A stretch of DNA of 64,000 bases, taken from contig NC_086109.1 of NCBI RefSeq assembly GCF_963921235.1, forward strand, positions 9,798,001-9,862,000. Direction: 5' to 3'. Position 1 is the first letter of the stretch. Every line of letters begins with the position of its first letter. The notes below the pieces were generated by a model. It saw only the letters and a program-made list of their open reading frames with translations, had not been told where the DNA came from and ran no database searches. Made by a program: the position numbers and the translations under genes. This stretch comes from Mobula hypostoma. Its lineage: Eukaryota. This document shows positions 48,495 through 62,187 of this stretch, in pieces.

Positions 48495-49472
48495 CCTGGA
48501 CTATACCTCTGGGCTCCTTCTGCCCCTCTTACCCTCAACACAGCTACCCCTCAGGGTTGTGTCCTAAGCCCCCTCCTTTACTCCCTGTATATCCAAGACT
48601 GTGTCGCCACTCACAGCTTCAATCTTCTAATGAAATTTGCTGATGACACTACATTGAGTGGCCTTAACCCAAATAATAATGAGGCAGCCTACAGAGGAGA
48701 AATCATCACCCTGACACGGTGGTGTCAAGAAAATAGATTTTCCCTCAATGTCACAAAAACAGAGGAGCTGGTTGTGGACTATAGGAGGAATGGAGACCGG
48801 CTAACCCCTATTGACATCAATGGATCTGGGGTTGAGAGGGTGAACAGCTTTAAGTTCTTCAGCATACACATTACCGAGGATCTCATGTAGTCTATGCATA
48901 CTGGCTGTATGGTGAAAAAAGCACATCAGTGCCTCTTTCACCTCAGATGGTTGAAGAGGCCCCCAAATCCTGAGGACTTTTTACAGGGGCACAATTGAGA
49001 GCATCCTGACCAGCTGTATCACTGCCTGGTATGGGAACTGTACTTCCCTCAATTACAGGACTCTGCAGAGAGTGTTGCGGACAGCCCGGCGCATCTGTAG
49101 ACGTGAACTTACCACTATTTAGGACATTTACAGAGACAGATACATAAAAAGGGCCCAAAGGATCACTGCGAACCCAAGTCACCCCAACCACCAACTGCTC
49201 CAGCTGCTACCATTTGGGAAAAGGTATCACAGCATAAAAGCCAGGACCAACATGCTCCGGGACAGCTTCTTCCACCAGGCCATCAGACTGATTAATTCAC
49301 GCTGATACAGCTGTATTTCTATGCTATATTGACTGTCCTGTTGTACATACTATTTATTGCAAATTACTATAAATTGTGCATTGCACATTTAGACGGAGAC
49401 GTAACGTAAAGATTTTTACTCCTCATGTATGTGAAGGATGTAAGAAATCAAGTCAACTCAATTCAATTCCAT
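48495..49472 (+). mobile_element. 5'-truncated Rex1/Babar LINE inserted in the satellite
   Basis: TPQGCVLSPLLYSLY..DC...KFADDTT (48465-48890), a degraded C-terminus and an (ATTCA)n tail. Confidence 0.92.
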
Positions 49473-49474
49473 TC

Positions 49475-50440
49475 ACATCTTGTCAGTTGTAAAAATTCCA
49501 TCCTTTCTCTCAGTTCCTCTATCTCTGCTGCATCTGCTTCTCAGAATGAGGCTTTTCATTCCAGAACTAATGAGAGGTCCTCCTTCTTCAAAGAAAGGGA
49601 CTTTCTTTCCTTCACCATCAATGCTGTCCTAACACCATCCTCCCGCCTCTGCACCAGGGAAAGGGTTCCTCATTGGCCTCACCTATCACCCCACTAGCCT
49701 TTATGTGCTACACATAACTTTCTGTAACTTCTGCCATCTCCAATGGGATCCCAACGCCAAGCACATCTTTTCCTCTCCCCCACTTCCTGCTTTCCATAGG
49801 GATCATTCCCTACGTGACTCCCTTGTCTATTCGTCCTTCCCCAATGATCGCCTACCTGATACTTATCCTTGTGAGTGGAACAAGTGCCACACCTGCCCCT
49901 ACACCTCCTCCCTCATTACCAATCAGGGCCCCAAACAGTCCTTCCAGGTGAGGTGATGCTTCACCTGTGAGTCTGTTGGGGTCATCTACTGTATCCAGTG
50001 CTCCTATGTGGCCTCCTGTATATCAGGTGAGACCTGATATAGATTGGGAGACTCCTTTGCCAAGCACTTAGTCTCTGTCCGCCAGGAAAATTGAAATCTC
50101 ACAGTGGCTTCCCATTTCAATTCCACTTCCCATTCCCATTCTGACATGTCAGTCTATAGCCTCCTCTTCTGCCGTGATGAGCCCACACTCAGCTTGGAGG
50201 AGCAACACCTTATATTAAGTCTGGGTACCCTCCAACCTGATAACATGAACATGGATTTCCCGAACTTCTGGTAATTTCTCCCACCCCAGATCTCCTTCAC
50301 AATTCCCATTCCCATTTCTCTTCCCAGCTGTTTAGTTCACCCCTCCCCTTCTCCCGGTATAATCTATCACCTACCAATTTGTACTACTTCTTCCTCTCCT
50401 CCACCAATTTCTTCAACTGACTTCTTATCATTTTTTCCGT
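49475..50440 (+). mobile_element. Older Penelope-like element fragment (RT thumb plus GIY-YIG)
   Basis: NEAFHSRT...FFKERDF; HLQWDP...AFHRDHSLRDSLV...CHTCPYTSS; a degenerate LYIGET. Confidence 0.85.
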
Positions 50441-52861
50441 AGTGTTAAATTATACCCGCTCCCTGTAACTCAATAGACTGGAGTTGCATTGAATTTTACT
50501 GGCTCTCGGTAACTCAATAGTCTGGAGTTGTATTGAATGACACTAGCTCACTGTAAATCAATTTCCTGGATTAGTATTGAATTATACCAGCTCTCCATAA
50601 CACAATAGTCTGAGTGGCATTGAATTACACCAGCACTCAGTAATTCAATACTCTCAAGTAGCGTTGATTTATACCAGCTCTCTGTAACTCATTAGTCTGG
50701 AGTAGCATTGAATTACAACAACTTTGTAATTCAATAGTCTGGTGTATCAGTGAATTCTCTGGAGTATTATTCTATTATAACAGCTCTCTGTAACTGAATA
50801 TTCTGGAGTAGCTTTGAATTATACTGGTTCTTTGTCTTCAATTTTCTAGGGGTAGTATCAAGTTATACCAGCTCTCTGTATCTCAATAGTCTGAAGAAGT
50901 ATTGAATTACACCAGCTCTCTGTATCTGAATGGTCTGGGCTAGCATTTAATCACACTGGTTCTCTGATTCTAAATGGTCCGGAGTGGCCTTGAATGTTAA
51001 TGGCTCTGTATTATTCAATACATTGGAGTGGCATTCAATTCTCTGTTACTCAATGATCTGGAGTAGCATTGAATGAGACTGAATCTCGGTAATTCAGTTG
51101 TTCATTATTGCACTGAATCATACAGGCAGTCTGTAATTTAATGATCCAGAGTAGCAATGAATTATAACTGCTCTCTGTAACCCAATAATCTGGAGCAGCA
51201 TCAAATTATATTGGATCGAACAGTCTGGATTATCATCAAATTTTACCACTTCTCAGTAATTCAATAGTCCAGAGCCAAGTTGATTTATATCGATTCTCTA
51301 TCTCAATAGTATGGAGTAGTATAGAATTATACCGGCTCTCTGTACCTCAATTGACTAGAGAAGTATTAAATTACACCAACTCTCTGAAGCTCAATTGTCT
51401 GGAGTGGCATTAATTTCTACTGGATCTCTGTAATTTACTTGTCCAGTGTAACATTGAATTTTACAGCCAGTCTGTAATTCAGTGGTCTAGATTAGCAATG
51501 AACTAGTACTGCTCTCTGTAATTCAATGGTCTTGAGTTGCATTAAATGTAAACCAAATCTCTGTAACACAATGGTCTAGAGTAAGCATTGAATTATAGGG
51601 ACTCTCTATAAATCAATAGTCTGGAGTAGCATCAAATTATACTGGATTTCTGCAACTCATTGTTTGGCGGAGCATTGAAATGTATGGTAATTTGTAATTT
51701 ATTGGTCCAGTGAGCAATTAATTCTACTGCTTCTCTGTAACTCAATAGCTTGGAGTAGTATTAAATTATAACAGCACCTTGTAACTCAGTAATCTGGTGG
51801 AGTATTGAATTATATCGGCTCTGTACAACTGAATGTTCTGGAGTAGCAATGGATTACACCATCACTCTGAAATTTGACAGTCCTGAGTAGTGTTGAATTA
51901 TATCTGCTCTCTGTAACTCAATGATCTGGGGTAGCATTGAACTATGCCAGATCTCTGTAATTCAGTTGTCCAGTGCAGCATTGAATCATACATACTTTCT
52001 GTAATTCAATGGCCCAGATTAGCATTGAATTATGAAAACTTTCTGTAACTCAATGATTTTAAGCGGCATCAAAATATGCTGGAATGGTCCTCTGTAATTA
52101 AGTGGTCTGGATTATCATTAAATTATACCAGCTCTCAGTAAATCAATGAGCTGGAGTAGCATTCAATTATACCAGTTTTTCTTAACTCAATGTTCTGGAG
52201 TAGTATCAAGTTATACCAGCTCTCTATAACTCAACAGTCTGGAGTACTATTCAATTATATTGGCTCTCCATAAATCAATAGACTAGAGAAGTATTAAACT
52301 ACACCAGCTCTCTGAAGCTCAGTTCTCTGGTCATGCGATTGATTTATACTGGATCTTTGTAATTTACTTGTCCAGAGTAACATTGAATTATACAGGCAGT
52401 CTGTAATTCAATGGACCAGATTAGTAATGAATTATTACTGCTCTCTGTAATTCAATGGACTTGAGTCGCATTAAAACTATACTGGCTCTCCATAACACAA
52501 TGGTCCAGAGTACCATTGAATTATAGGGGCTCTCTATATGTCAGTAGTCTGGAATAGCATCAAATTATGCCAGATCAGCTCTCTGTAATTATATGAACAG
52601 ATTAGCATAAAATTCTAGAGGCTTCAAAGGTCTGGAGTAGCATCAAATTATACTGGATTTCTGCAACTCAGTGTCTGGAAGAACACTGAATTTCCAACAA
52701 TTTGTAACTTACTGATCCAATGAGTAATGAATTATACTGTCTTTCTGTAGCTCAATGGTCCAGAGTAGTACTGAATTATACTGGCTGTCTGTAATTGAGA
52801 GTTCTGGAGTAGCATTCACTCTCTGTAATTCGATAGATTGCAGTTGTATTGAATTATACTG

Positions 52862-53520
52862 GCGTCGCCTCTGATCTGGGCCAACATTTACAGCCGGGCG
52901 GCACCTAATTAATTAGCTTGTTTATTTCTGCTTTTTTCTTAAAGATGTGCTGGGTGCGTCCCGGCTATCGCTGCATGCTTCACGGATCGGTATCGGTCGG
53001 TGGCCTGGAGGTTGGGGTCCACTGCACCACCCCAACTTCCGACGACTCAGCCGAACACACCATCATCAGTGTGCTCGGCGCTGTCTTCTCAATTCTGGTA
53101 GGTGATACTACACTGTACATACATTATTTCTACTTTATATAGGCTGTGTAATTTTATGTGTTATTTGGGATGATTTGGCAGCTTCATAGCTTAAAGGTTA
53201 CTGGAAAGAGTGTTTCTGCCGAGAGCGCTTGTGTGAGATTTTCGCTACGGTGGACAGTTCGGCAATGATTGTAGAAAAGTATTTCTACTCTATGTAGGCT
53301 GTGTATTTATTATATCATTCGTGCTTGTACGATATGTTACTGTTATTTTAGGTTTTATGTGTTATTTGGCATGACTTGATAGGTTATTTTTTGGGTCTGC
53401 GAACGCTCACAAATTTTTCCCATATAAATAAATGGTAATTGCTTCTTCACTTTACGACATTCCGGCTTACGAACCATTTCATAGGAATGCTCTACCTTCG
53501 GATGGCAGGGGAAACCTGTA
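52862..53520. mobile_element. Tc1/mariner (Tigger/pogo-like) non-autonomous fragment
   Basis: The right end ...TACCTTCGGATGGCAGGGGAAACCTG-TA resembles a CAGG-starting TIR with a TA target. Contains an internal direct repeat. The left TIR is missing. Confidence 0.5.
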
Positions 53521-53627
53521 TTCCATTGAACAGCTGCTGCTAAGTTAACAAATTTCATGACACATGCCGGTGATAATAAACCTGATTCTGATTTCTGATT
53601 GTCTGTGTAACAACTTGCCAATTAACT

Positions 53628-53835
53628 TTCCATCCCTCCCCCTCCTGTCTTCTCCTATCATTTCGGATCTCCCCCTCCCCCTCCCACTTTCAAATCTCTT
53701 ACTGTCTCTTCTTTCAGTTAGTCCTGACGAAGGGTCTCGGCCCGAAACGTCGACTGTACCTCTTCCTAGAGATGCTGCCTGGCCTGCTGCGTTCCACCAG
53801 CATTTTGTGTGTGTTGCTTGAATTTCCAGCATCTG
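53628..53835 (+). mobile_element. Solo Penelope pLTR
   Basis: Near-identical to 28063-28290 and 54655-54843. Confidence 0.88.
53719..53756 (+). ncRNA. Minimal hammerhead ribozyme, intact core
   Basis: TAGTC-CTGACGA-AGGGTCTCGGCCC-GAAA-CGTC-GACTG. Confidence 0.83.
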
Positions 53836-54254
53836 CAGCTTTCCTCGTGTTTGTGGCATCAAAATGTACTAGCTCCCTGCAATTTATGGAGTAGCAATAA
53901 ATTATACTGGCATTCTGTAACTGAATAGACTGGAGTACAAGTAGTATTGAATTACACCAGATCTCCGTAACTCAATGGTCCAAGGTAGCATTGAATTATA
54001 CCAGCTCTTGGTAACTTAATAGTCGGGATAGCTTTGAATTCTATCGGTTTTCTGTTACTCAAGGCTACAGAGTAGCATTAAATTATACCAACTCTCGGCA
54101 ACTGAGTATTCTGGAGTAGCATTGCATTATAACAACTCTCTGTAGCTCAATGGTCCAGAGTAATATTGAACTATATGGGCTCTCTGTCACTGAATGATCC
54201 TGAGTTATATTGAACTATACTGGCTCTCTGTAACTCAATCAACCAGAGTAGCAT

Positions 54255-54843
54255 TCTGTCCACCAGAGAAAGCAGGATCTCCCGGTGGTCACACAATTTA
54301 ATTCCACATCCCATTCCCACTCTGACATGTCTATCCACCGCCTCCTCTACTGTAAAGATGAAGCCACACTCAGGTTGGAGGAACAACACCTTATATTCAG
54401 TCTGGGTAGCCTCCAACCTGATGGCATGAACATTGACTTCTCTAACTTCCGCTAATGCCCCACCTCCCCCTCGTACCCCATCCGTTATTCATGTTTATAC
54501 ACACATTCTTTCTCTCACTCTCCTTTTTCTCCCTCTGTCCCTCTGACTATACCCCTTGCCCATCCTCTAGTTCCCCCCCTTGTCTTTCTCCCCAGGCCTC
54601 CTGTCCCATGATCCTCTCATATCCCCTTTGCCTATCACCTGTCCAGCTCTTGGCTCCATCCCTCCCCCACTTGTCTTCTCCTATCATTTTGGATCTCCCC
54701 CTCCCCCTCCCACTTTCAAATCTCTTACTCACTCTTCCTTCAGTTAGTCCTGACGAAGGGTCTCGGCCTGAAACGTCGACTTTACCTCTTCCTAGAGATG
54801 CTGCCTGGCCTGCTGCGTTCACCAGCAACTTTGCTGTGTGTTG
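54255..54843 (+). mobile_element. Penelope 3' fragment (GIY-YIG tail plus pLTR)
   Basis: RKQDLPVV...DEATLRLEEQHL...LQPDGMNIDFSNFR followed by a pLTR. Confidence 0.9.
54745..54781 (+). ncRNA. Minimal hammerhead ribozyme, intact core
   Basis: TAGTC-CTGACGA-AGGGTCTCGGCCT-GAAA-CGTC-GACT. Confidence 0.8.
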
Positions 54844-55879
54844 ATTAGATTATTGCTGCTCTCTGTAACTCAATGTGCTGAAGTATTATTGAGTTACGTC
54901 ATTTCTCTGAAATTTAAAGGTTCCGAGCTGCATTGAATTATGCTGGCTCTCTGTATCTCAATGGTCCGGAGTAGCATTGAACTAAAGGGGCTCTCTGTAT
55001 GTCAAGTACTCTCTCTATATGTCAAGTAGTCTCTCTGTAGGACTGTAGTAGTATTGAATTATGCTAGCTCGCTTTATCTGAATGGTCCAGATCTCCATTG
55101 AATTATACCGGCTCTCTGTATCTCAATGGTCCGGAGTAGTATTGAACTAAAGGGCTTTCTGTATGTCAAGAGACTGTAGTAGTATTGAATTATGCTAGCT
55201 TGTTGTATATGAATGGTCCAGAGTATCATTGAACTATATTGGCCCTCTGTAACCCACTGACCTGGAGTAGCATTGAGTTATACCAGATCCCTGTCACTCA
55301 GTAGTCAGGACTGACATCATGTTATAGTGGCTCTTTGTAACTCAATGATTTGGAGTAGCATTCAATTGTACTATTCCCTACAACATTATGGTCAGGAGTA
55401 GCATGAATTACACTGGCTCTCTGTAACTCAATGGTCCAGAGCAGCATTGGATTATTTCCTTTCTCTATCTGAAAAACCTGGAGAAGCACTGGATTATTCC
55501 TGGTCCCTGTAGTTCAATGTTTTAGGTAGTATTGAATTTCAATGGCACTCTGTCATTCAATGGTCCAGAGTAGCATTGAATTATACCAGATCTCTGTAAT
55601 TCAATTGTCTGGAATAGCTTTGCATTTTACCAGCTCTCTGTAACACAATGGTCTGGAGTAGCAATGAATTACATCGGCTCTCTGTAACTCAGTGATCAGG
55701 GGAAGTATCAAATTATCAACACAAGAAATTCAACACAGAAAGTGCTGCAGTAACTCAGCACAGTGACTATTCATCATGAGGTCTAGGTTACGGAACTCAC
55801 TACACAACTCTTAATTAATCAAATCTCCCGCTTTATTGTCTCTGCACAAACAACAACATAACTTCTGTCTGTCATTAAT

Positions 55880-56132
55880 ATCTGGATGATAGTGTGATTA
55901 ACTAATCAGCAAATTTGTGAATCACTCCAAGATTAGGGGTGTAGTGGACTGCAAGGAAGGCCATCATGGCTCGCAGCGGGCTGAAAATCTGGACCAGCTG
56001 GAAATGGGCTGAAAATGGTAGATAGAATTTAATTCAGACAAGTGCGAGGTGTTGCCTTGTGGTAGGACCAATCTGTCTTAGACAGTGAATGGCAGGGCAC
56101 CAAGGAGTGTGATAGAACGTGAGGATCTGGGA
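55880..56132 (+). mobile_element. CR1 RT fragment
   Basis: Degenerate ISKF...KIRGVVD...LDQLE...FNSDKCEVL. Confidence 0.7.
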
Positions 56133-57464
56133 ATAATCTTTCCTCTCCCTCTTCAGCTCTTCTTTTTCTCTCTCTAACTCTTCCCTACTTTTACACAATT
56201 CCTCAGTCAATTTCAGTTTTTCTCTCTTCACTTCAATTATTTCTTCCAGCATACATCAAAGTACATTTCAAGTACATTTACATTTATTATCAAAATATGT
56301 GTTCATTATACAACCCAAGATTCATTGAACATGAAACAAAGAAACCCAAAAGAATCCGTATAAAAAAAGACCATTGAACACCCAATCTGCAGAAAAAACA
56401 AAGATATCATGCAAGCAATAAGTGCAAGTAAATAGCGTACCGAACTGAAATCTGCAAAGAGTCCCACAGTTCAACACATAGCTGAGTTGTGCAGTGCCGT
56501 CTGAACCACCCCACCCAAAGCCCAGACACTCTGACCTTTTCAATCTGGCCCAGCACCTAAACTGACGTCCAAACACTGAGTTCCATCGCCTTGATAGGCT
56601 CTTGGGCCAGGACCTCACTGCCTTGATTCGGCCAGTATCTGTCCTTTCCGATTCGACCCTGCGTTTAAACCTCCATCCAAACAGTGAGTTCAGTCACCCT
56701 CACTACATAATTCTTAATTAATCAAAGCTTGCACTTTATTGTCTCTGCACAAACAACAATGTAACTAGGTTGACCCCAGGCCAACAACTTAAAACATGAA
56801 TTCTACTGTTCCCTCTGTACCAATACTCACTCAGACTACTTCTCCAGTTTATAACACCGAAATAGAAACCTCCCGTTGGCCAGACAATTGATCCTTCTTC
56901 TCCCACCTCCTGACATGGTGGTCTTCTTTGCAGTAGTTAGTCTCTGGAGTTTTTACACTTTGCATTTGAAGCCCTTCCATTCTTAAAGTCTCTCGCTTCA
57001 GTTCAAATATTACGCTTCAATCTTGTTGGCTCAATGTCATCTGACTGACCTGTGACAGATTTTCATTGGATGTAGTCCAAGGCCAAGGGCTACACAACTT
57101 CATGACTTAGGTGCCTTCTTTTGTTCTATTGGACTCTGGTTCAAATTAATCAAACCAGGACACCCAGACACAGGGCCGAGATAACAAGATTACTTCCACA
57201 AACCTGCCATTCTATACAAAACACAGCTTATCTGAGAATGATCAATAATGTTCCACATTCAATTGCTCTGATTAAGTTATCCCAGAGCAAGAATCAGTTC
57301 AACAAACAGTTCAGAAAATGAAGGCTACAGAGCAGCTCCACAAAATAGCAGCCTCCATATCTTCAAACATGGCAAGAACAAAGAAAATTGGTTTGTATAC
57401 TTTCACTGTCCTTGACCTATTCAAGTCTGATGTTTTCTTCCATACTTTAATACCTTCACGGCCA

Positions 57465-58046
57465 ACAAGCAGGTCAGGCAGCAACTATGGAAATCAATAA
57501 ACAGTTGACATTTCAGACCAAAACCCTTATTCAGGACTGGACAGGAAAGGAAAGGAAAGGATACAAGGACAAATTGTGGGTGCAGGTGAAGGACGATACT
57601 TAGGGAGTGGTAGAGGGAGGGTAGTTAGAAGGTGGTAGGTGAAGCCAGGTGGGTTGGAAAGTTAAAAGAGTTGAGAGGAAGCATTCTGATAGGAGAGGAG
57701 AGTGGACCATAGGAGAATGGGGAGGAGGGGACCCGGGAAGAGGTAGGGGAAAGTAAGAAGCCAGAATGGGAAATGGAAAAGAGGAGAGGGGAGAGGGACA
57801 CTTTTTTTTTAACTGGAAGGAGAAATCAATATTCATGCCATCAGTTTAGAGACTACCCAGACAGAATATTAGGAGATGCTCTTTCACCCTGAGTGTGGCC
57901 TCATAATGGCACAAGAAGAGAGTATGGACTGACAAGTCAGAACAGAAAAGGAATTTGGAATTAAAATGCTTGGCCACCGGAACGTTTCAGTTTTGGCAGA
58001 TGGAGCGAAGGTGCTCGACAAAGCGGTCTCCCAATTTATGAAGGGT
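57465..58046 (-). mobile_element. Older Penelope 3' fragment in the satellite (recurrent unit)
   Basis: pLTR plus GIY-YIG C-terminus (DGMNIDFSF). Shares its right junction with 59206 and 62187. Confidence 0.8.
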
Positions 58047-58619
58047 CATTAAATTACTCATTACATAAAGCTAGCATCAAGTCATACCGGCTTGCTGTAA
58101 CTCAATAGTCCAGAATGGCATTAAATTATTTATGTAACTTAAGGTCCAGAATGGTATTGAATTACACAAGCTCCATGTAACTCAATGGTCTGGAGTATCA
58201 TTAAATAATACATGCTCTCTTTAACTCAATAGACTGGAGTAGAATTGAATTAGACTAGCACTCTGTAAATCAATGGTCCGAAGTAGCATTGAATCATTTC
58301 GTATTTCTGTAACTCAATGGTCCATCTCTCTGTAACTCAAAGTTCTTGAGTGGCATTGAATTATATCGGCTCTCAATAACTCAATAGACAGAGTAGCTTT
58401 GAATTAAAATGGCTCTCTGTAATTCAATGTTCCATAGTGGTGTTGAATTATACCAGCAGCTCTCTGTATTATACTGGTCTGGAGAAGCCTTGAATTTTAC
58501 TGGCACTCGGTAACTCTAAAGACTGGAGTTGCATTGAATTATACTGGCTCTCTGTATGTCAATATATTGGAGCAGTATAGAATTATACCAGATCTCTCTA
58601 CTCAATGATGTATTGAATC

Positions 58620-59206
58620 ATCAACTTCTGCAATGCTGGAAATCCACAGCAACACACACAAAATGCTGGAGGAATTAAACAGGTCAGGCAGCAACTATGG
58701 AAATGAATAAACAGTTGATGTTTCATGAGGAGACCCTTCTTCAGAACAGGAAAGGAAGGGGGAAGACACAAGAATGAAAATTTGGGTGGAGTGGAAAGAG
58801 GATATCTACAAGATGTGATAAGTGAAGCCAAGTGGGAAAGGGCTGGGGAAGAAGGAATCTGATAGGAGAGGAGAGTGGGCCCTAGGAGAATGGGGAAAAA
58901 GAGGGGATCCAGGAGGAAGTGATAGACAGACGAGAAGAGGTAAAAGTGTAGAGTGGGGAATGAAAGACTAAGGGGAGGGGAAGGGATTTTTTTTGCTGGA
59001 AGGAGAAATCGATATTCAAGTTGGAGTCTGTCTAAACGGAATATAAGCTGTTGCTCCTCCACCCTAAGGGTGGCCTTATCATGGCACGAGGAGGCCATGG
59101 ACTGACATTTCGGAATGGAGAAAGGGAATTTAGAATTAAAACTTTCCTCTTTTGGCGGATGGAATGGAGGTGCTCGGCGAAGCGGACCCCTAATTATTGA
59201 CAGGCG
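58620..59206 (-). mobile_element. Older Penelope 3' fragment in the satellite (recurrent unit)
   Basis: CHDKATLRVEEQQLIFRLDRLQ (58598-59098) and shared junctions. Confidence 0.82.
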
Positions 59207-59702
59207 ATTAATTTACTAGTTACAGCGAACTGGAATTAAATTATACTGGCTCTCTCTAATTCAATGGTCTCCCATTGCAGCAAGTTATATCGGCTTTCGT
59301 TAACTCAATAGTCTAGCATAGCATTGAATTATATCAGCTCTCTGTAACTTAACGGTCTGGAATAGTATTCAATTGCACCATCTCCCTGTAACTCAACGGT
59401 TGGAAGTAACATTGATTTTGTATCGGCTCTCTGTAGCTTAATGCTCTGGAGCAGCATTGAATTATACCGACTCCATGTAATTCAATGGTCCGATGTAGTA
59501 TTGAATTATACCTGCTCTCTGCAAATTAATGGGCTGGAGTACCATTGAAGTGTAGTTGTTCTCTGTAATTCAATTTTCTGGATTAGCTTTGATTTGTAGT
59601 GGATCTCTGTCACTGAATAGTCCAGGGCAGTATTGAATTATACTGGATTTCTATAACTCAAGTGTCTGCAGTAGTAATGAACTTTACCGGCTCTCTATAC
59701 AT

Positions 59703-59764
59703 CTACTACTACTACAACTACAACTACCACTACTACTATTACTACTATTACTACTACTACTACC
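59703..59764 (+). repeat. (TAC)n microsatellite
   Basis: Imperfect TAC/AAC/TAT trinucleotide run. Confidence 0.9.
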
Positions 59765-60714
59765 ATGTATATATCAATACATGGCAATAGTACTGAATTA
59801 CACCAGCTCTCTGTATCTCAGGGTAGCATTGAATTATGCCGGCTGTCTGAAATTCAATGGTCCCGATTAGCATTGCATTATACCGACTATATGTGACTCA
59901 ATAGACTGGAGTAGCATTGAATTTTATTGGCAGTCTGCGATTCAATGGTTCGGTGTAGTACTGAATTATCCCAGCTCTCTGTAACGGAATGGTCGGAGTA
60001 GCATTGAATTATACCGGGTGTCTGTAATCAATAGTCTGGATTGGTTTTGAATTACACCGGCTCCCTTAAACCGAATGGTGGGGAGTAGCCTTTAATCATA
60101 CTGGCTCTCGGCAATTCAATCGTCCGGAGTAGTATTGAACTATGCCAGCACCCTGTAACTCAATGGTGCTGAGTAGAATTAAATTATACCGGCTCTCTGT
60201 AACTTAATAGTCCGGAGTAGTATTTAATTACATCAGCGCCGTGTAACTGAATGGTCTGGAGTCGCATTAAATTATACTAGCTCTCTGTAACTCAATGTTC
60301 CGTAGTACCATTGAATTACACTGGCTGTCGGTATGCCAATAAACTGGAGTAGTATTGATTTACAACACCACTTTGTAAATCAATGGTCGGGAGTAGCTTT
60401 GAATCACACCGGCGCTCTGTAACTCCAGTGTCCGGAGTAGGTTGTTTTACACCGGCCCTCTGTATGTCAATAGACTGGAATAGTATTGAATTATGGCTGC
60501 AGACAGTAGCTCAATCGTCCAAAGCAGTACTGAGTTATATTGGTGCTCTGTAACACAATGGTCCGGAACAGTGATGAATTATACCGGCTCTCGGTTACTC
60601 AGTGTTCAGGAGTAGCAACGAATTATAACGACTCTCTGTAATTCAGTGTTATGGAGTTGCATTGAATTATGCCGGCTCTCTGTAACTCAATGATCTGTAG
60701 TAGTAGCAAATTAT

Positions 60715-61040
60715 CATTAAGGGAAATTCTGCTGATGCTGGAAACCTAAAACAACACACACAAAATGCTGAGGGAAATCAGCAGGTTAAGGAGCATCTAC
60801 GGAAATTAATAAACAGTCGGAGTTTCGGGCCGAGAAACTTTTTCAGGACTGGAAAGGAAATGGGGAGACACCAGAATAAGAACGTAGGTGGAGGGGAAAG
60901 AGGATTAGCTAGATGGTGATAGGTGAAACCAGTTGAATGGAAAGATAAAAGGCCGGAAAGGACGGGATCGGATAGCAGAGAGGATTGGACCATAGGAGAA
61001 AGGAAAGGAGGAACGGACCCAGGGGGAAGTGATAGGCGGG
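60715..61040 (-). mobile_element. Penelope pLTR fragment in the satellite
   Basis: Homologous to 58620-58930 and 61622-61965. Confidence 0.8.
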
Positions 61041-61621
61041 TATTGAGTTACGCCAGCTGTCTGTATCTCAATGGTCCGGAGTAGCGCTGAATTATTGCGG
61101 TTCTCCGTAATTCACTGGTCCGGATTAGCGTTGAATTACACCGTCTGTCTGTAACTCAATAGTCTTGCGTAGCATTGATTTCATTGTGGCTCTCCAAAGA
61201 AATCAATGGGCTGGTCTAGCATTGACTCTCTGTAACTCAATATTCAGGGGTGGCGTTGAATTACACCAGCTTTCTGTAACCTTATGGTCCGGACTCGTAT
61301 TGAATTATATTGGCTCTTTGTAACTTAACGGTCCGGAGTATTATTGAATTATCCCGTTTCCCTGTATCTCAATGATTCGGTATCGCATCGATTTAGATTA
61401 GATTATGAGAACACTCAGTCCTCCTTTATTGTCATTTAGAAATTTACACCGGCCCTCTGTAACTCAATGTTCCGTAGCATCATTGAATTATACTGGCTGT
61501 CTATATGCCAATAAACTGAAGTAGTATTGATTTATACCAGCTCACTGTAAGTCAATGGTCCAGAGTAGGTCTGAATTATAGCGGTGCTTTGTGAGTCAAT
61601 GCTATGAAGTAGCATTGAATC

Positions 61622-62187
61622 ATCAACACGAGAAATCCTGCTGATGCTAGAAATCCAAAGCAACACACACACTAAATGCTGGAGGAGCTCAGCAGGTCGG
61701 GCAGCATCTATGGAAACGAAACACAGTCGGCGTTTCAGGCTGAGACCCGTCTTCAGAACTGGAAAGGACGGGGGGGGGGCGCGTGGGGGGGGGAGACATC
61801 AGTAGAAAAAGTTAGGCGGAGCTGAAGGAGGATACCTGGAAGGAGATAGGTGAAGCCAGTTGGGTCGGAAAAGTCAAGGGTGGTGAGAAAGGAATCTGAG
61901 AGGAGAAGGGAGTGGACTATGAGAGAAGGGGCAAGAGGAGGCGACCCGGGGGAGGTGATAGGCAGCTAAAAAGAGGTATGAGGCCACAGTGGAGAATATG
62001 AGAGGGGGAGGGAGAACACGATATCCCAGCACCGGGTTTGAGGAATATAAAGTACTAGGGTGGTCATGCACCGCCAAGTCAGAACGGTAAAGAGAATTGG
62101 AATTAAAATGATTGCTCACAGGGGCATTCCAGTTTTGGGCGTATGGGGTAGAGGTGCTCGATGAAGGGGTCCCCCAATTTACGACGG
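61622..62187 (-). mobile_element. Penelope 3' fragment in the satellite (recurrent unit)
   Basis: pLTR plus NHFNS...DL.VH remnant and shared junctions. Confidence 0.8.
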
